Of a stretch of DNA of 36,484 nt, positions 12,733-21,762 are shown in pieces; the stretch's first letter is position 1; every line of letters starts with the position of its first letter. The stretch comes from a virus. Below the pieces are notes generated by a model. It saw nothing but the letters and a program-made list of their open reading frames with translations. It was not told where the DNA came from and searched no databases. The stretch lies in the IMG/VR virus record IMGVR_UViG_3300032328_000071, positions 1 to 36,484 of that record. One strand, given 5' to 3'. Both the position numbers and the translations under genes were made by a program.

Positions 12733-12849
12733 ACCCCCCCCATGTGTAAAAGTGAGGGGGTGCTGTGGCAGGGGACATAAACACACATCAACATACCCTT
12801 TACAGTCAAGACCCCCTACCCCCTCCCCCAACCACAAAAGATAGTCCCC
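12733..12849. other. G/C-tract island: C8, G5, G4, three C5 tracts and C4 within about 115 nt
   Basis: C8 at 12734-12741; G5 at 12756-12760; G4 at 12771-12774; C5 at 12812-16, 12819-23 and 12825-29; C4 at 12846-49. ACCCCC/GGGGGT can form a hairpin. Confidence 0.6.
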
Positions 12850-12900
12850 AAAAAATTTTTTATAGTTTAGAATTTGTAGACATTAAATCAAGGAGAAGAT

Positions 12901-13344
12901 ATGGCTGGATTTCCTATGCGTAGAGCGTTGGAGAAGAAGATAGAGACTCTGGGAGGCATTGAGTTCGTTACTGCACACATAGCACAGGGAATGACTATTG
13001 GACGCTTGGCAGAGTTCATAGAGTGTTCTAGGCCCATGCTTTCTTTCTGGATAAACCATACGGATGAGAGAAGAGATGCGGTACTCGCTGCACGTAAGCT
13101 AAAGGCTGAGAAACTGGCAGAAGAGGCTTTAGAGATTGCTGATGAAGCAGATGAAACAAGTAACAGTGGAGTCAACAAAGCACGACTCCAAGTAGACACC
13201 CGTAAGTGGATGGCCTCCAAGCTAGACCCTGAGAACTATGGAGACACTGCTAAAACCCAAGTTAATATCAGTTTGGGTGATCTACACCTCCAAGCCTTAA
13301 AGCACATGGGTAAGGCTGATGTAATACTGGAAAACAATGAATAA
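12901..13344 (+). CDS. terS: Terminase small subunit
   Basis: HTH-like N-terminus (MTIGRLAEFIECSRPMLSFW) and the ...KARLQVDTRKWMASKLDPENYGD signature recalled from TerS families. It overlaps the terL start. Confidence 0.78.
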   Translation: MAGFPMRRALEKKIETLGGIEFVTAHIAQGMTIGRLAEFIECSRPMLSFWINHTDERRDAVLAARKLKAEKLAEEALEIADEADETSNSGVNKARLQVDTRKWMASKLDPENYGDTAKTQVNISLGDLHLQALKHMGKADVILENNE

Positions 13345-14731
13345 CCCCTTTATCCAGTTCATTACCCTATATCGGAATGACCCTAATCTGTTTGTCAAAG
13401 AGGTGTTGGGAGTAGAGCCTGATGATTGGCAACAAGACTTTCTTAACGCTGTCGCCACTGGTGAGCGTAAGATTAGTATCAGGTCTGGTCACGGAGTGGG
13501 TAAATCTACAACAGCTTCTTGGGCAATGCTTTGGTTCTTGTTGACGAGATATCCCGTCAAAGTCGTGGTTACTGCACCTACTTCTGCCCAACTGTATGAC
13601 GCTTTGTTTGCCGAGCTAAAGAGATGGGTCAAAGAACTTCCCCAACCTATCCAAGACCTACTCGATGTTAAACAAGAGAGGATTGAGCTAAAGGCTTCCG
13701 CTACCGAGGCTTTTATCTCTGCTCGAACATCTCGTGCCGAACAACCCGAAGCCCTACAAGGTGTCCACTCTGAGAACGTCATGCTGGTAGCAGATGAGGC
13801 TTCTGGTGTCCCAGAGGCAGTATTCGAGGCCGCTGCTGGTTCTATGTCTGGTCATAACGCTTTAACCATCCTACTAGGCAATCCAGTTCGGTCATCTGGC
13901 TTTTTCTTTGACACACACAATCGTCTAAAAGATGAATGGTGGACAAGGCGGGTATCTTGTATTGACTCTACCCGTGTCAGTAAAGAGTACGTAGAAGACA
14001 TGAAATCCCGCTATGGCGAGGAAAGTAATGCCTATCGGATAAGGGTTCTGGGTGAATTCCCAAGAAGTGATGATGACACCATTATCCCTATGGAATTACT
14101 TGAATCTGCCAAACATAGAGACACAAGAGCCTATGAAGATGCTCCGATTATCTGGGGACTAGACGTAGCTCGGTTTGGATCTGACTCTTCTGTCCTCTGT
14201 AAGCGCCAATCCAACGTAGTCCACACCCTAGAGCGTTGGAGAAACCTAGACCTGATGCAGTTAACAGGTGCAGTGGTGGCTCAGTACGAAGCCTGTGACC
14301 ACAAGAGTAAACCCGCAGAGATTCTGGTTGACTCTATTGGACTAGGAGCTGGTGTTGTTGACCGATTAAGAGAACTAAAGTTGCCATGCAGAGGAATCAA
14401 TGTGTCCGAAAGCCCTGCAATGGGTGGCACTTATCTCAATCTTCGTGCGGAACTATGGCACAAAACCAAGGCTTGGCTTGAAAAACGTGACTGCAAGATA
14501 CCCAATAACGAAGATTTCATTGCTGAATTGGCGACTGTAAGGTACACCTTTACATCCAACGGCAAGATTAAGATTGAATCCAAGGATGATATTAGAAGAC
14601 GGGGATTGAAATCTCCTGACATGGCTGATGCTTTTGTGTTGACATTTGCATCCGATGCCGCTACTGTGTCTTGGGGATCAAATATGTCTTGGGGCAAACC
14701 GATTAAAAGGTTGATCCGTGGCCTAGTCTGA
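13337..14731 (+). CDS. terL: Terminase large subunit
   Basis: Walker A SGHGVGKST, Walker B VMLVADEASG, and a nuclease-domain Asp cluster WGLDVARFGSD. Confidence 0.93.
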   Translation: MNNPFIQFITLYRNDPNLFVKEVLGVEPDDWQQDFLNAVATGERKISIRSGHGVGKSTTASWAMLWFLLTRYPVKVVVTAPTSAQLYDALFAELKRWVKELPQPIQDLLDVKQERIELKASATEAFISARTSRAEQPEALQGVHSENVMLVADEASGVPEAVFEAAAGSMSGHNALTILLGNPVRSSGFFFDTHNRLKDEWWTRRVSCIDSTRVSKEYVEDMKSRYGEESNAYRIRVLGEFPRSDDDTIIPMELLESAKHRDTRAYEDAPIIWGLDVARFGSDSSVLCKRQSNVVHTLERWRNLDLMQLTGAVVAQYEACDHKSKPAEILVDSIGLGAGVVDRLRELKLPCRGINVSESPAMGGTYLNLRAELWHKTKAWLEKRDCKIPNNEDFIAELATVRYTFTSNGKIKIESKDDIRRRGLKSPDMADAFVLTFASDAATVSWGSNMSWGKPIKRLIRGLV

Positions 14732-14747
14732 TTGCCGTTGCCATTTT

Positions 14748-14779
14748 AGAGCCACCTTAAGCAAGTGGCTCTTTTTTTT
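14748..14779 (+). terminator. Rho-independent terminator after terL
   Basis: Stem AGAGCCAC / GTGGCTCT, 9-nt loop, then T8. Confidence 0.8.
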
Positions 14780-14825
14780 ATTACCACAGTATGGTAGTAT
14801 TGCGAAACCTATATTGGAGATTCCT

Positions 14826-15011
14826 ATGAAAATGGATGAAGCAGCCAAAAAGATTGGCAAGGTAATGGGTGAATACAAGCGTGGCAAGCTCAAGTCTTCC
14901 TCTGGTCAGAAGGTTAAATCCCGTGACCGAGCAGTAGCTATCGCAATGAGCGAGGCTCGTGCTATGCCAAAACGTGGTGGTCGTACCGCAACCAACCGAA
15001 GCAAAAAGTAA
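14826..15011 (+). CDS. Small lysine/arginine-rich protein (DUF6496-like pattern)
   Basis: Preferred start is ATG 14826, after GGAG. The ...GEYKRGKLKSSSGQKVKSRDRAVAIAMSEAR pattern is recalled from a conserved small-protein family. Confidence 0.65.
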   Translation: MKMDEAAKKIGKVMGEYKRGKLKSSSGQKVKSRDRAVAIAMSEARAMPKRGGRTATNRSKK

Positions 15012-15025
15012 CTTAAGGAAAAATT

Positions 15026-15346
15026 ATGTCTTTCTTAACAAGAGATAACAATGGAAATACCATCCCTAATGTATTTAGGATTGGTACGACACAAGTTTTT
15101 ACAGTAACAAATTCTAGTGTTGCAAGTACCGCTTTTGCGGCCTCAACAACTCATGTTCGAGTTTCTTGTTCATTAGGCCATTGCCATATCCAGTTTGGAT
15201 CTGCACCAACAGCAAGTATTACGACAAGCCCAATGTTGGCAAACAATACATCTGAAATTTTCCCCGTGGCTTCTGGTGACAAGATTGCTGTTATTAAAGA
15301 TTCTGGTGTTACTGCTTCCACAATTAGCGTTACGGAGTTGTTATGA
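15026..15346 (+). CDS. Hypothetical Ser/Thr/Ala-rich beta-type protein (106 aa)
   Basis: AAGGA lies upstream. The stop overlaps the next ATG. Confidence 0.7.
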   Translation: MSFLTRDNNGNTIPNVFRIGTTQVFTVTNSSVASTAFAASTTHVRVSCSLGHCHIQFGSAPTASITTSPMLANNTSEIFPVASGDKIAVIKDSGVTASTISVTELL

Positions 15347-15489
15347 AGCCTGGACTCTATGCCAACATTAATGCCAAGCAAGAACGTATCAAGGCTGGCT
15401 CTAAAGAAAAGATGAGAAAGCCTGGCACTAAAGGCGCACCTACTGCTAAAGACTTTAAGCAAGCGGCTAAGACTGCCAAGAAAAAATGA
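15343..15489 (+). CDS. Small lysine-rich protein (48 aa); not in the ORF track
   Basis: ATGA overlaps at both ends. Translation MKPGLYANINAKQERIKAGSKEKMRKPGTKGAPTAKDFKQAAKTAKKK, a pattern recalled from other phages. Confidence 0.6.
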   Translation: MKPGLYANINAKQERIKAGSKEKMRKPGTKGAPTAKDFKQAAKTAKKK

Positions 15490-15773
15490 GTGCAGCGTGG
15501 ACCAGAAAAAAAGGGCAAAACCCTAAAGGTGGGTTAAATGCTAAAGGTCGTGCTAGTTTAAAAGCACAAGGCCAAGACATTAAAGCCCCTGTTAAATCTG
15601 GAGACAATCCACGTAGAGCTAGTTTCCTAGCAAGGATGGCGGGAAACGATGGTCCTGAGTACAAAGATGGTAAGCCAACTAGATTACTTCTAAGCCTCCA
15701 AGCATGGGGTGCAAGCAGTAAAGCAGATGCTAGAGCAAAGGCTAAAGCTATTTCTGCAAGGAATAAAAAATGA
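15486..15773 (+). CDS. Basic protein (95 aa)
   Basis: ATGA overlaps at both ends. Carries the ...KGQNPKGGLNAKGRASLKAQG...RRASFLARM... pattern. Confidence 0.7.
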   Translation: MSAAWTRKKGQNPKGGLNAKGRASLKAQGQDIKAPVKSGDNPRRASFLARMAGNDGPEYKDGKPTRLLLSLQAWGASSKADARAKAKAISARNKK

Positions 15774-16210
15774 AATGCCCTATCGCTACTTATGACATCA
15801 AGGCCAACTTGAAAGCCCGTAATTGGGCAATCAAGAATGTTGATTATGGTCCTGCTAACCCAGAAGAAGACAACGAAGAATACTGGCAGAACCTTGCTGA
15901 TATGTGGGCAGTATCTATTGATGAAGTCCAAGAGATGCGTTGCGGTAACTGCGCTGCCTTCATCCAAACTCCAGAGATGTTGGACTGTATCCTAAAAGGT
16001 ATAGACGAAGAGACAGATGGCTATGCCAAAGACGTACAAGGTGCGGCTAATCTAGGTTACTGTGAACTGTTTGACTTTAAGTGTGCAGGTGAGCGTACCT
16101 GTTCCGCATGGCTGTCTGGTGGCCCTATCACTAAGAAGATGACCAAGAATCAACAGAATATGTTGATGATGGCTAAGACCGAATACGACATGGAGAATGA
16201 AGATGAATGA
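15770..16210 (+). CDS. Acidic Cys-containing hypothetical protein (146 aa)
   Basis: CGNC plus three further Cys (GYCELFDFKCAGERTC). Confidence 0.72.
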   Translation: MKCPIATYDIKANLKARNWAIKNVDYGPANPEEDNEEYWQNLADMWAVSIDEVQEMRCGNCAAFIQTPEMLDCILKGIDEETDGYAKDVQGAANLGYCELFDFKCAGERTCSAWLSGGPITKKMTKNQQNMLMMAKTEYDMENEDE

Positions 16211-16979
16211 TCTAATGAACTCTGTAATTAGCGATGCTGAAAGAGAAGAGTACAAGCGAAGATTTGCACTAGGAAACCCCAAATTAATGGCTCCACCTAG
16301 GGCGGCTTATAACTCAATGGCGTTTCAAGACCCAAATGGTCCTTATAGCGAAACTCAGCAAAATGCTGCTGATGCTTATGGAGATATTGTTAGAGCACGT
16401 TTATCCAAGGACAGACAGTCAGGTCGATCACAATCTGAGCCTTTTACACGTGGAATGGGAAACACTAGCGCAGGGCCATTAAGTAACACATACTACTCTG
16501 CAAGTTCTGATGCGTTAACAAATGTAGCAAATCGTCCTTTTTCAGCAGATGCTAATAACTTTGCCGATTCAAATATTACTCGTGCAAGAAGTGAATTAAA
16601 TATGCGTTCTAATGAAGGCGAGTTTGCTGCACCAGGCTACGGGGATCTTGGACAGTTTGCTGGTTCCTTTAATCCAGCCAATATTCCAATGGGAAACAAT
16701 AGACTGTCACCTATAGATCAGTACAAACTTATTAACCAAGATGCAGGATTATTATCTGGTGATGTGACTCTTCGTAACTATAAGGGACCTTTACCCTTGG
16801 GTACAACTGAAGCTTTAAATAGAAACTCTGTTTCTCCTCAAGTATTAATAGATTTACAAAACGCTGCTGCAGCAAACCTTGGTGGTGATTCTGATCTGGG
16901 TCGGTATGCGGTTCCTGGCTATGGGGATCAAGGACAATTTTTTGGTGGTGGAATACTTCCATATCTACGCTCCAAATAA
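16197..16979 (+). CDS. Hypothetical virion-module protein with two PGYGDxGQF repeats
   Basis: 260-aa ORF. An alternative start is ATG 16203. Confidence 0.72.
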   Translation: MKMNDLMNSVISDAEREEYKRRFALGNPKLMAPPRAAYNSMAFQDPNGPYSETQQNAADAYGDIVRARLSKDRQSGRSQSEPFTRGMGNTSAGPLSNTYYSASSDALTNVANRPFSADANNFADSNITRARSELNMRSNEGEFAAPGYGDLGQFAGSFNPANIPMGNNRLSPIDQYKLINQDAGLLSGDVTLRNYKGPLPLGTTEALNRNSVSPQVLIDLQNAAAANLGGDSDLGRYAVPGYGDQGQFFGGGILPYLRSK

Positions 16980-16987
16980 GGAAATAT

Positions 16988-19135
16988 ATGATTAACGAAA
17001 ACCCCATGTTGATGGCAGAAACCCTGCAAGGCGAGATGGAGGGTGATGAGGTAATGTCTGAAGAGCAACTTCAAGGCGTTATCTCTGCTGAAATTTACGA
17101 TGCTATTTCTTTTATTGATGATGACATTGGTGGCAATCGTGCGTTAGCTACTGAATACTATTATGGTCAAGCCTTTGGTGATGAAGAAGAAGGCCGTTCA
17201 CAAGTAGTTTCAATGGATGTCCGTGATACTGTTCAAGGCATCCTACCAAGCTTGATGCGTATCTTCTTTGGCCCAGAGCGTGTGGTTGAGTTCACTCCCC
17301 AAGGACCAGAGGATGTTCAGAATGCTGAACAAGCTACAGACTATGTAGACTTCATCTTTAAGCGTGATAACCCTGGATTTAAGATTCTTCACTCTGCCTT
17401 TAAAGATGCCTTGGTTCGCAAAGTTGGTATTGTTAAATACTATTGGGATGAGTCAGTAGAAGTTAAAGCAGAATCATTCTCTATGCTTGATGAGCAAAGC
17501 ATGATGTTGTTGACAGAGAATCCTGATGTGGAAATCTCTGCGGTGCGTGAGTATCCATTCCCTGGCACTGAGCCAATGGTTGACGCTCAAGGTATTCCAC
17601 CTCCCATGATGTACGATGTGGAGATCAAGCGCAGAATCAAGACAGGCAAGGTAAAGATTGAAGCTCTACCCCCAGAAGAGTTCTTGATTGACCGCAGAGC
17701 AAAGTCCATTGATGAGGCTACTTTTGTAGGCCACAGGACTATGAAGACTGTTTCCGATCTAGTCGCTATGGGTTATGACTACGATGAGATGGTAGAAGTT
17801 GCGGGTAATGGTAATGACTTTGACAACAACCAAGAGTACCAAGCCCGTAACCCGTTTGCTGTTATCAGCACCGCAAACAATGGTGACCCATCTAGCAAGA
17901 GTGTTCTCTACATTGAAGGCTACCTAAAGGTAGACTTTGATGGCGATGGCATTGCTGAGATGCGTAGAATTTGCACAGTAGGTACTGGTAACAAAGTTCT
18001 GCGCAATGAGATTGTCGATGACAGGCAGTTTGCTGACTTCTGTCCTGATCCAGAACCCCATACCTTTTTTGGTATGTGTCCTGCTGACGTAGTGATGGAT
18101 ATTCAGCGCATTAAGTCTAATGTTCAACGTGGCATCTTGGACTCTTTGGCTCAAGCTATCCACCCCCGTACAGCGATTGTTGAGGGTCAGGCCAACATGG
18201 AAGATGTGTTGAATACTGAAGTTGGTGCTGTGATTCGTATGAGAGCGCCAGGTATGGTTCAGCCGTTTACCACTCCATTTGTTGGTCAAGCCGCATTCCC
18301 AATGCTTGACTACTTGGATGACATTAAACAGACCCGTACAGGCATTTCTAAGGCCGCCGCAGGGTTAGATGCAGATGCTCTACAGAGTACAACCAAGGCC
18401 GCAGTATCAGCGACTGTTAATGCTGCCCATCAGCACATTGAGATGATTGCCCGTATCTTTGCGGAAACTGGTTTACGTAAGTTGTTTACTGGCATCTTAA
18501 AGTTGGTGGTTGAGAACCAAGACAGAGCCAGAATGGTTCGTTTGCGTAATACATTCGTGCCAATTGACCCCCGTTCTTGGGATTCAAACATGGATGTAAC
18601 AGTTAATGTTGGCGTTGGTGATGGCACTATTGAAGATAGAATTAATATTCTGAACCAAGTAGCTATGCGTCAGGAAATGCTGATTAAAGAAACTGGTCCT
18701 AATAATCCTGTTGTAACAATACCACAGTATACAAATACGCTAACCAAGATGTTGCAATTAGCTGGTATCAAGGATTCACAGAATTACTTTAACCAGTTAC
18801 CTGCTGACTTCCAACTGCCACCACCAGAGGCTCCAAGGCTCACCCCAGAGGAGACATTGGCTCAAGTACAGGCACAAGCTATTCAAGCCGATATTCAAAA
18901 GAAAGCCGCTGAATTGGATTTAGAGCGTCAGAAAATGATTATGTCTGATGACAGAGAACGTGATCGTATTGAACAAGATGGTATTTTGCGTAGATATGAG
19001 CTAGAATTGAAATATGGTGTACAAATTCAAAGTGCGGAGATTAATGCCGCAATGAATACAGACCGAGAATTAATCCGTCAACAGGCTGCAATGAATCAGA
19101 CGCAAGTCCCTCAACAGCCCCAACCAATGATGTAA
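16988..19135 (+). CDS. Portal protein
   Basis: 715 aa. The N-terminal pattern ...NRALATEYYYGQAFGDEEEGRSQVVSMDVRDTV...P.L..IF is typical of P22-like portal families. Position is upstream of scaffold and capsid. Confidence 0.88.
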   Translation: MINENPMLMAETLQGEMEGDEVMSEEQLQGVISAEIYDAISFIDDDIGGNRALATEYYYGQAFGDEEEGRSQVVSMDVRDTVQGILPSLMRIFFGPERVVEFTPQGPEDVQNAEQATDYVDFIFKRDNPGFKILHSAFKDALVRKVGIVKYYWDESVEVKAESFSMLDEQSMMLLTENPDVEISAVREYPFPGTEPMVDAQGIPPPMMYDVEIKRRIKTGKVKIEALPPEEFLIDRRAKSIDEATFVGHRTMKTVSDLVAMGYDYDEMVEVAGNGNDFDNNQEYQARNPFAVISTANNGDPSSKSVLYIEGYLKVDFDGDGIAEMRRICTVGTGNKVLRNEIVDDRQFADFCPDPEPHTFFGMCPADVVMDIQRIKSNVQRGILDSLAQAIHPRTAIVEGQANMEDVLNTEVGAVIRMRAPGMVQPFTTPFVGQAAFPMLDYLDDIKQTRTGISKAAAGLDADALQSTTKAAVSATVNAAHQHIEMIARIFAETGLRKLFTGILKLVVENQDRARMVRLRNTFVPIDPRSWDSNMDVTVNVGVGDGTIEDRINILNQVAMRQEMLIKETGPNNPVVTIPQYTNTLTKMLQLAGIKDSQNYFNQLPADFQLPPPEAPRLTPEETLAQVQAQAIQADIQKKAAELDLERQKMIMSDDRERDRIEQDGILRRYELELKYGVQIQSAEINAAMNTDRELIRQQAAMNQTQVPQQPQPMM

Positions 19136-19408
19136 ATGGACGATTTAGAAATTAACCTCGCAAGAGGAGACAGAGCGAGACTTCTTCTTGAGGATGAACT
19201 TCTCAATGAGATGCTTAAGCGAATAGAAGATGATTGTTATCGTGAGATTCGTTCTTCCAAACTAATGGAAGGACCAGTTAGAGAGCAAGCTTACTTGCTT
19301 CTGACAACAGTTGATATTCTCAGAGCTAAGTTACGTTCTGTTATGGATACGGGCAAGATGGCAGAAGTTGCTCTTGTTCGCAGACGGGGTAGACCCCCAA
19401 ACAAATGA
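19136..19408 (+). CDS. Hypothetical protein (90 aa)
   Basis: TAAATG junction with the portal gene. Confidence 0.68.
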   Translation: MDDLEINLARGDRARLLLEDELLNEMLKRIEDDCYREIRSSKLMEGPVREQAYLLLTTVDILRAKLRSVMDTGKMAEVALVRRRGRPPNK

Positions 19409-19429
19409 TTGTTAAACTAAGAGGTAAAT

Positions 19430-20416
19430 ATGTCCGATAACGCAAATGCAGTCGGTTCGATTACAGTAAATCAAGCAGCGCAAAGCTTTGCTACTATGCT
19501 AGACGCTCAAGAGGGTGTTGACACTGGTGCAGAGGCGCAACCAGAGGAGGGGCAACCCGAATCTGAGTCTGAGGAAATGGAATCTGCGGAGCCGCAAGAA
19601 GAAGCAGAGGAAACTTCCGAGGAAGTAGGAAGCGAAGACGAAGAGTCCGAAGAGCAAGCTCCAAGGGATGAGAAGTTTGTTGTCAAAGTTGATGGCAAAG
19701 AAATCGAAGTCCCAAAGGAAGAACTTATCCGAGGTTATCAACGTGAAGCTGACTACACACGGAAAACGCAGAAACTAGCAGAAGAGCGCAAAATTGTCGA
19801 GTCTGAGTTTCAGCAAGTACGTGTAGAGCGTGAACAATATTCACAGGTGTTAGGACAATTACAGCAAAAACTGCAGGAGTTTGAGCCGCAAGAGCCTGAT
19901 TGGAACCGATTGGAAGTTGAAGACCCGACTGAATATGCCCGTCAATGGACATCACATCAGCGTAGGCAACAACAGAGATATGCGGTACAAGCAGAGCAAG
20001 AGCGTATCAATCAAATGCGTCAAGTTGAATCACATAGGCATATACAAAATGTTTTAGCGCAGGAAACTGCGGTATTGAAAGAGAAGATCCCTGAGTGGAA
20101 TTCTCCAGAGAAAGCTAAAGCAGAAGGTAAGGCTTTGTTAGAGTATGGTCAGAATTTGGGTTTTACCGAGCAGGAACTGAACAGCATTAGCGATTCACGG
20201 GCATTACTAGCGCTTCACAAGGCGTGGAAGTATGACCAGATGATGAGCAAGCGTCCAGAATTCCAAGCGAAGATTAAGAAAGCACCAAAGATGGTTAGCT
20301 CTGGTTCGGCAGGTAGCGTAAGTTCTAAGTCGAGTGATATAAATAACGCAAAAAAGCGTCTTGCACAAACAGGAAGCGTCAGAGATGCCGCATCACTTTT
20401 CGAGAAATTTATTTAA
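19430..20416 (+). CDS. Scaffolding protein
   Basis: Very acidic N-terminal region and a helical Glu/Gln/Lys/Arg-rich body. Lies between portal and capsid. Confidence 0.72.
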   Translation: MSDNANAVGSITVNQAAQSFATMLDAQEGVDTGAEAQPEEGQPESESEEMESAEPQEEAEETSEEVGSEDEESEEQAPRDEKFVVKVDGKEIEVPKEELIRGYQREADYTRKTQKLAEERKIVESEFQQVRVEREQYSQVLGQLQQKLQEFEPQEPDWNRLEVEDPTEYARQWTSHQRRQQQRYAVQAEQERINQMRQVESHRHIQNVLAQETAVLKEKIPEWNSPEKAKAEGKALLEYGQNLGFTEQELNSISDSRALLALHKAWKYDQMMSKRPEFQAKIKKAPKMVSSGSAGSVSSKSSDINNAKKRLAQTGSVRDAASLFEKFI

Positions 20417-20425
20417 GGACCTATC

Positions 20426-21406
20426 ATGGCTGCTATTACAAACACCTACACCCGCTTTGACGCCAAGGGTGTACGGGAAGATCTTTCTAACGTCATTTAT
20501 CAGATCTCTCCAGAAGAGACACCATTCATGAGCAATGTTGGTCGTGAGAACGTCACCAACACTTTCTTTGAATGGCAAACCGATGATTTGGCCGCTGCAA
20601 TCACAACCAATGCACAGATCGAGGGCGATGACATCACCTCTTTCACAGCTGTTACAGCTACAGTTCGTTTGGGCAACTACACCCAGATTAGCCGTAAGGA
20701 TGTAATCATTGCTGGTACATTGGAAGCTGTTGACAAAGCAGGCCGTCGCTCAGAATTGAGCTATCAAATGGCTAAAAAATCTGCGGAAATTAAGCGTGAC
20801 ATGGAGTCAACAATGTTGGCTAACCAAGCCGCTGCCGCTGGTTCTACGTCATCTGCTCGCAAATCAGGCGCTTTGTTGGCCTTCTTGAAGACCAATACTA
20901 GCGAAGGTACTGGTGGTTCTGATCCTTCATACACCACTATCCCTGATGCAGCTCGTACTGATGCTACAACTACTAACTTGCGTTCATTCAGCGAAGCATT
21001 GCTGAAAGACGTAATTCAGAAGGTGTGGACAGAAGGCGGCTCTCCTTCTATCGTTATGGCTGGTCCTGTTAACAAACAGAACTTGTCTAAGATGGCTGGT
21101 ATTGCTGCACAGCGTTTTCATGTTACAAGTGCTAAACCTTCAACGATCATTGGCGCTGCCGATGTTTATGTCTCCGATTTTGGAAACGTGAGCATTGTTG
21201 CTAACCGCTTCCAACGTGAGCGTGATGTTTTTGTGCTTGATCCTGAGTACGCAAGCGTTTGCTATCTGCGTCCCTTCCAGACAGTTGAACTGGCTAAGAC
21301 AGGTGATGCCGAGAAGCGTATGCTTTTGTGTGAGTGGGGCTTGAAGATCAAGAATGAGAAAGCTCATGGCGCTGTCTATGACTTGAACTCAACAATTCAG
21401 ACCTGA
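20426..21406 (+). CDS. Major capsid protein
   Basis: The N-terminal pattern ...REDLSNVIYQISPEETPFMSNVGRE...FEWQTDDLA is recalled from a podovirus-associated HK97-fold capsid family. It is followed by a strong terminator. Confidence 0.88.
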   Translation: MAAITNTYTRFDAKGVREDLSNVIYQISPEETPFMSNVGRENVTNTFFEWQTDDLAAAITTNAQIEGDDITSFTAVTATVRLGNYTQISRKDVIIAGTLEAVDKAGRRSELSYQMAKKSAEIKRDMESTMLANQAAAAGSTSSARKSGALLAFLKTNTSEGTGGSDPSYTTIPDAARTDATTTNLRSFSEALLKDVIQKVWTEGGSPSIVMAGPVNKQNLSKMAGIAAQRFHVTSAKPSTIIGAADVYVSDFGNVSIVANRFQRERDVFVLDPEYASVCYLRPFQTVELAKTGDAEKRMLLCEWGLKIKNEKAHGAVYDLNSTIQT

Positions 21407-21416
21407 TCTGAGTAAC

Positions 21417-21446
21417 CAAGGGTGGGCTAATAACCCACCCTTTTTT
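21417..21446 (+). terminator. Rho-independent terminator after the capsid gene
   Basis: Stem AAGGGTGGG / CCCACCCTT, 7-nt loop, then a T-run. The next ATG is at 21448. Confidence 0.85.
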
Positions 21447-21447
21447 T

Positions 21448-21762
21448 ATGACTACAAAAATCTTTGACATAAACCAAGAGATGGGAACCAAGAAGCTTTG
21501 GCATTACGACAATGACAAAGATGAGGCAACCATTCAGACAATTATTGATGCTACTCAAGTAGTAGAAGCAAACAAAGAACGATTTAATTCGTTTGATGAA
21601 AAGGCCAATTGGAAGGGTGATATGCACCATGTTGCATCCATCCCGATGGCTTTGTTTTATCAGATGAAAGCCGAAGGTAAATTAGAAGACCAAGCTTACA
21701 TGAAGCGTTGGTTGAATGACCCTGATAATCGTGCATTTCGCACAAGACCTGGAGAAGTTTAA
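21448..21762 (+). CDS. Hypothetical protein (104 aa)
   Basis: ORF with a TAATG junction to the next gene. Confidence 0.7.
   Translation: MTTKIFDINQEMGTKKLWHYDNDKDEATIQTIIDATQVVEANKERFNSFDEKANWKGDMHHVASIPMALFYQMKAEGKLEDQAYMKRWLNDPDNRAFRTRPGEV

Larger units (their letters stand above)
12318..12900. other. Long region with no convincing ORF between the nuclease gene and terS: candidate cos/packaging-recognition and/or late regulatory region
   Basis: No credible ORF. Contains repeats, a palindrome and G/C tracts (listed separately). Ends with AAGGAGAAG upstream of the terS ATG. Confidence 0.5.

Noticed and set aside
12637-12837. 66-aa minus-strand ORF in the pre-terminase region
   Set aside because: Its openness comes from the G/C tracts and repeats. 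There is no SD and the sequence is odd and Gly/Pro/Cys-rich. I treat the region as non-coding DNA or RNA structure.
12888-13220. 110-aa minus-strand ORF antisense to terS
   Set aside because: The translation is low-complexity and Ser/Ala-rich. terS on the + strand has an SD, family motifs and an overlap with terL.
15467-15967. 166-aa minus-strand ORF, the longest antisense ORF in the window
   Set aside because: It is antisense to two well-supported, ATGA-coupled + strand genes in a unidirectional late operon. It has no SD, the product is low-complexity and hydrophobic, and there is no recognisable motif.
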